Below are positions 61,832 to 64,000 of a DNA stretch of 64,000 nt, piece by piece. This DNA is from Schmidtea polychroa (lineage: Eukaryota): contig CM097886.1 in NCBI GenBank assembly GCA_044892525.1, positions 107,632,001 to 107,696,000 of the forward strand, in the 5' to 3' direction. The number at the start of each line of letters is the position of its first letter. Position 1 is the stretch's first letter. Below the pieces are notes generated by a model. The model was not told where the DNA came from, searched no databases, and worked only from the letters and a program-made list of their open reading frames with translations. Both the position numbers and the translations under genes were made by a program.

Positions 61832-64000
61832 TATTTTTGCACTAATTCATTAACTCACATTGAAAATTAATTGATAAAAAATTAAGAATTACAAAAATCA
61901 AATTCTTAACTTATTGATATTATCACAAATTAATTTCTTTGGAGTTCATGTATAAGTGCTTGTTACTATGACCAGGGGTGCAATCAAGGGTGCGAATGTA
62001 AAGAACATCCTCCTGAAAAATTCTGGAATTTAAAAAATCTTATTTAATTATCGACATATTATATCGAAATATAGCTAGAATATTCTATGAAAAGTGTTTT
62101 CATACAAAATTATGTTCAATTATTATTTGTTTCTGATTGATTACTTGAATTTATAGGTCCCCTAAGAATATAAGGACAGTGATGTGAAAATGTTCTCAAT
62201 AACAACTCGAGGGTAAATTTCCAAATGCATATTGCAAGCCTATCCACATCCAAACTTACGTCATTAACATAGTCCAATATATTACATTTGACCTGTTAAG
62301 CGTAATTTATGTTAAAGATATTGCTTTACGGAAAATAGTGAGGAAACATTTAGATATAAAACAAACATTTTCTGTCTAATTTAAATGTCAAGTAGAGATT
62401 AAAAATAAAAATGTATGAAAGGCAAGGGATGATATCAAGAGACGATGACCTCAAAATTCTAAAAATAAAATATAACGTTAAGATGGAAGCAAGATACTTA
62501 AAACTTCAACGAGATTATTTGATGCACTTTAGAGAAGTAAAAGTTGTTATCTGATGTTTGATCCAACTTTAACTTTAAGTTGATTTCTAAAATTATGGTT
62601 ATTAAAAGACATTTTAAAAAATGTTTTCCGGTTTTCGCATAAATTTAGCGTTTCTTTTCCTAAAGATTTGATTGATTTGAAGATTTTTTTTAAAGATCTT
62701 TTTAAATTCATAACAACCTTTAATATTAGATTTTAATTTTTAAATTTTAAGTTTAAAATTAATTTTTGATCTTTTGTCATAATGAAAATATAAGAAATAT
62801 CAATATATTTTATACAAAATTACAATATTTTGAAATAATAACAGAAATACCACGAAAAAGGAATCCAAAATGATTTTGTAAATAAACATAAATGACAAAA
62901 TTTTGACAAAAAATAAATAAATATTTTTACTATTTTTACATTTAGAGTATTTTTAGTTTTGTGTTACAATATGGCATATTGAATATGCTATCAGAAAGCC
63001 ATAAATATTTTTATTCTTTATTATAATGGTTGGTTACAGGTACCGACATTTTACATTTTGTACTGTTTCCAGCGTAACCTAGTTTACAATGTGTTTTACA
63101 CCCATTGAGTGAACGACATTGATAATGTGTCAAATGAAGGAATATTAGCGAAAAGTGAGCGCATTTCAGTGCACTATAATGGCAAATATTCAAAAAGACT
63201 CGCGGACCATTCATAGAAGGTATATGTCGTTCTTCTTTTAAAGTTCCAATTTAATATGTAAATTTATTATGTTTCACTATTAAAGTCACGAATCAGTGAT
63301 TTCAGTTACATCAAAAATATTATGGAAGGCGCCATTCGAACTCGATCGAAGCCTGAAGTTCCGTTGCTTCCAGCTGTCTAATCCTGATTTTGAGCGCCCT
63401 TATCTTCATTTGGTATTCAAAGGTTTTGCTATCGTATGAAAAATAATGATGATATCAAAGTTGATAACGTCACATTGGGAATAATACCAAATTATATTAT
63501 TTCTCAAATTTTATATTTTATTTAAATTTTATTAATTGCGACTCCATAATAGATTTTGCATTTTCATTTTAGTTTTCCATCACTCTTTGATTATTTCTCG
63601 ATTATCTTTATTTCTATTCATTTTTCTAATTTTATTTTTCTATTATTTAACTAAATATTTTATTCTTAATTCTTATTTTTACTCTTCGGTGTACATTTCA
63701 ATTCGTATTAATTGTGTCATTTATTCATGTTTTATTTATGTTGATTTCGTGCTATGCGTCTTGCGTTTGTTATTTATTTTAATTTTATTTTTGTTTCTTG
63801 ATTTTTACGTTATGTTTGCTCATTTTCCGTGTTTTCATGATGTTTTTTTACATGTTTTGATTTTAAATCAACATAAGGTTCGTTAGATCGGCATGTTGTA
63901 TTCACGCATTTTCGCCAAAATAAAATCTTGATTGCATCCTTGAATAAATCTGTAATAATATTAATTTTTTCTTTCAAGATCAACAAGATGTCATTTCGAT

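Noticed and set aside
63011-63214. EGF-like or module-family exon (CKTHCKLGYAGNSTKC)
   Set aside because: Cys spacing is incomplete and no convincing splice boundaries were found.
63536-63886. Membrane protein ORF (similarly 17654-17842 and 6485-6760)
   Set aside because: The F/I/L/Y richness simply reflects T-rich low-complexity DNA.

Overview
Very AT-rich eukaryotic genomic DNA, not prokaryotic. It is probably an invertebrate animal with short (about 43-57 nt) GT-AG introns; a TRAF MATH fragment supports Metazoa, but the taxon cannot be fixed from sequence alone. Most of the window is transposable elements, and several N blocks hide short segments. Main contents: (1) at 1 to about 6980, the end of an endogenous Polinton/adintovirus-like element. 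It has a double-jelly-roll capsid gene, a downstream PLA2-motif ORF, four tRNA-like Pol III A/B-box cassettes and a highly self-complementary putative terminal region. The capsid gene is split exactly in frame by a 3.8-kb non-coding long-TIR element with AGTAG...CTACT ends and a target-site duplication. (2) A young, very compact Ty3/Gypsy LTR retrotransposon at 10385-14955 with non-canonical TAT...ATA LTR ends, plus related fragments and a solo LTR. (3) Decayed pPolB, hAT, pogo/Tigger, mariner, piggyBac, Helitron, Ginger and Penelope elements and MITEs, including a piggyBac-type MITE whose interior is a host TRAF MATH-domain fragment. (4) A dispersed family of unannotated Cys-containing modules of about 100 aa, encoded by phase 1-1 exons of 288-321 nt; at least one sits behind a signal-peptide exon. 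All family assignments come from motif recognition by eye; no database searches were run.
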